Part shown: positions 62,199 through 64,000 of the stretch, piece after piece | How positions within the stretch are numbered: position 1 is the first letter of the stretch | Layout: each line of letters opens with the position of its first letter | DNA from: Candidatus Latescibacterota bacterium | Lineage (GTDB): Bacteria; Latescibacterota; UBA2968; UBA8231 | Reading direction: 5' to 3' | Assembly: GCA_965203355.1 (NCBI GenBank) | Contig: OZ241889.1 | Span: forward strand, 416,001 to 480,000 | DNA: 64,000 bases | Made by a program: the position numbers and the translations under genes | Notes under the pieces: generated by a model | Told to the model about the DNA's origin: nothing | Seen by the model: the letters and a program-made list of their open reading frames with translations, nothing else | Database searches by the model: none

Positions 62199-63122
62199 AT
62201 GCTAGGCAAATTTTTCGACAAAATGAAGCAAGGGCTGGCGCGGACGCGGCAGGCAATGACTGATGTGATTGCTGACAACCCCCGCTTGGACGACGACGCA
62301 ATCGACGATATCGAGGCCGCGCTGGTCGGCGCCGATATGGGCTTAGAGACGGCGACCGAACTCATCGACGAGCTGCGCGAGCGGCTCAGAAGCAAGCAGG
62401 GCGTCGACGGGCCGGCAGAGGTGATGCAGGTGCTGGAAGAGCAAGTAGGTGCGCTGATGACCTTCGGCAACGGCGCGGCCTTGCCTCTAACGGGCAAACT
62501 GCCGGGCAAACCATTTGTCGTGCTGATCGTCGGCGTCAACGGCACCGGCAAGACGACGACGGCCGGCAAGCTGGCCAAGCACTACGCCGATGCGGGCAAG
62601 AAAGTGGTGCTCGCTGCCGGCGACACGTTTCGAGCGGCGGCCATTCCCCAACTCGCGATATGGGCGGAGCGCACCGGAGCCGACCTGATAGGGACGCAGC
62701 GCGGGGCCGACCCGGCCGCCGTGGCCTTCGACGCGCTCGCCGCGGCCAAGTCGCGTGGGGCCGATGTGCTGCTGGTGGACACGGCCGGCCGCCTGCACAA
62801 CAAGGTCAACTTGATGGAGGAACTCAAGAAGATCCGCCGCGCATTGGCCAAGCACGACCCAGCGGCTCCGCACGAAACCCTGCTGGTACTCGACGGCACC
62901 AGCGGCCAGAATGCCCTGTCGCAGGCGGCTGCGTTCAACCAAGCCACCAAGTTGACCGGACTCGTGCTGACCAAGCTAGACGGGACAGCTAAGGGCGGGA
63001 TCGTCGTCGCGCTGCGGCGTCAGATGGACCTGCCGGTGAAGCTGATTGGGGTCGGCGAGGGGGCTGACGATTTGCAGCCGTTTGACGGGGCAACATTCGC
63101 CCGTGCGTTATTCGCCGAGTGA
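62199..63122 (+). CDS. ftsY: signal recognition particle receptor
   Basis: [43 protein letters not shown]; ATG at 62199. Confidence 0.96.
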   Translation: MLGKFFDKMKQGLARTRQAMTDVIADNPRLDDDAIDDIEAALVGADMGLETATELIDELRERLRSKQGVDGPAEVMQVLEEQVGALMTFGNGAALPLTGKLPGKPFVVLIVGVNGTGKTTTAGKLAKHYADAGKKVVLAAGDTFRAAAIPQLAIWAERTGADLIGTQRGADPAAVAFDALAAAKSRGADVLLVDTAGRLHNKVNLMEELKKIRRALAKHDPAAPHETLLVLDGTSGQNALSQAAAFNQATKLTGLVLTKLDGTAKGGIVVALRRQMDLPVKLIGVGEGADDLQPFDGATFARALFAE

Positions 63123-63126
63123 GCCG

Positions 63127-64000
63127 TTACAGCGCGGCCAGCGCATCTTCTAGCTCCCCTCGTACTTCCGCATCTTCTTCTATTCCCAAGCGCCGTTTGA
63201 GTGCTTCTTTTGCCTCATCGCCCCCGAGTTGCCCCAGCGCCCAAGCCACGTGCCCGCGCACTAGCGGCTCTTCGTCGTCGAGTGCGCTGATCAGAGCCGG
63301 TACAGCGGCCTGCATCCCCGAATTGCCCAAAGCCACGGCGACATTGCGCAAAAAGCCACGGCGCTTAGGACGCTTGACTGGGTTGTGGCGGAACCGTGCG
63401 TTGAAGGCTTCGCGGTCGAGTTGGATCAGGTCGAGGAGCGTCGGGTCGCCGAGACCGGCGCGGCTCTGGTACGCCGGCTCAGCCGCCGGCGCGGCCCTGC
63501 GGTTCCACGGGCACACCTCTTGACAGATGTCGCAACCAAAGATCCACAGGCCCATGTCTTGGCGCAGGTCGCGGGGAATGGCCCCCTTGAGTTCGATATT
63601 GAGATAGGAGATACAGCGCCGAGCATCGAGCACGTACGGCTCGGGGAAGGCGTCGGTCGGGCAGGCGTCCAAGCAACGCGTACAGGTGCCGCAGTGGTCC
63701 GGGGCGGGTTCGTCGTAGTCGAGCGCGAGGTCGGTGATGATCTCGGCCAAAAAGAAATAGGAGCCGCGCCGCTTGTCGATCAGACAGGTGTTCTTACCCC
63801 ACCACCCCAAGCCCGCCCGCTGGGCAAGTTCGCGCTCTAGAACTGGGGCCGTATCGACAAAATAGCGGCCTTTGGTCTGCTCCCCGGCCTCGGCCAGCAC
63901 GAATTCCCACAGGGCGGCTAAGCGCTTTTTGACAAGGGCGTGGTAGTCGTCGCCGCGGGCGTAACAAGCAATCCGGCCGCGCAGGGGATCGGATGTCGCA
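63127..64000 (-). CDS. queG: tRNA epoxyqueuosine(34) reductase, 5' end outside the window
   Basis: YARGDDYH, VDTAPVLER, CGTCTRCLDACPT, CISY..IE, FGCDICQEVCPWN, C-terminal HEAT-like repeat. Confidence 0.95.
   Translation of the reverse strand, partial: ATSDPLRGRIACYARGDDYHALVKKRLAALWEFVLAEAGEQTKGRYFVDTAPVLERELAQRAGLGWWGKNTCLIDKRRGSYFFLAEIITDLALDYDEPAPDHCGTCTRCLDACPTDAFPEPYVLDARRCISYLNIELKGAIPRDLRQDMGLWIFGCDICQEVCPWNRRAAPAAEPAYQSRAGLGDPTLLDLIQLDREAFNARFRHNPVKRPKRRGFLRNVAVALGNSGMQAAVPALISALDDEEPLVRGHVAWALGQLGGDEAKEALKRRLGIEEDAEVRGELEDALAAL

Overview
GC-rich bacterial chromosomal segment with about 50 genes and tRNA-Glu(TTC). The secreted protein ending in a 'QNAPNPFN...SGVYLYRL' FlgD-like/secretion-tail domain, together with many enolase, Gfo/Idh/MocA, PhyH and sugar-isomerase genes, suggests an FCB-group or Latescibacterota-like heterotroph, possibly a host symbiont (inference). 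Housekeeping genes are acnA, pdxS/pdxT, katG, fhs, ftsY, queG, a hisJ-type PHP phosphatase and an lpoB cluster. They are interleaved with uronate/polysaccharide catabolism genes and small accessory or decayed pieces. Main unusual observations: (i) an integrase-less Panacea toxin-antitoxin islet bracketed by a 142-bp direct repeat that is the 3' end of the neighbouring enolase gene, with a comparable eroded duplication at the TBDR/ftsY junction; (ii) a 6-TM voltage-sensor channel with a non-canonical TGGYA filter and an inserted extracellular beta-repeat domain; (iii) a CLC protein with Gln at the gating-glutamate position; (iv) a mosaic secreted zincin-WD40-Ig protein with a G14 tract beside its putative promoter; (v) two copies of a ~143-bp MITE; (vi) three degenerate palindromic repeats with 61-63 bp period and no cas genes; (vii) an ALDH lacking the catalytic Glu. 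All annotations come from motif recognition only; no database searches were run.
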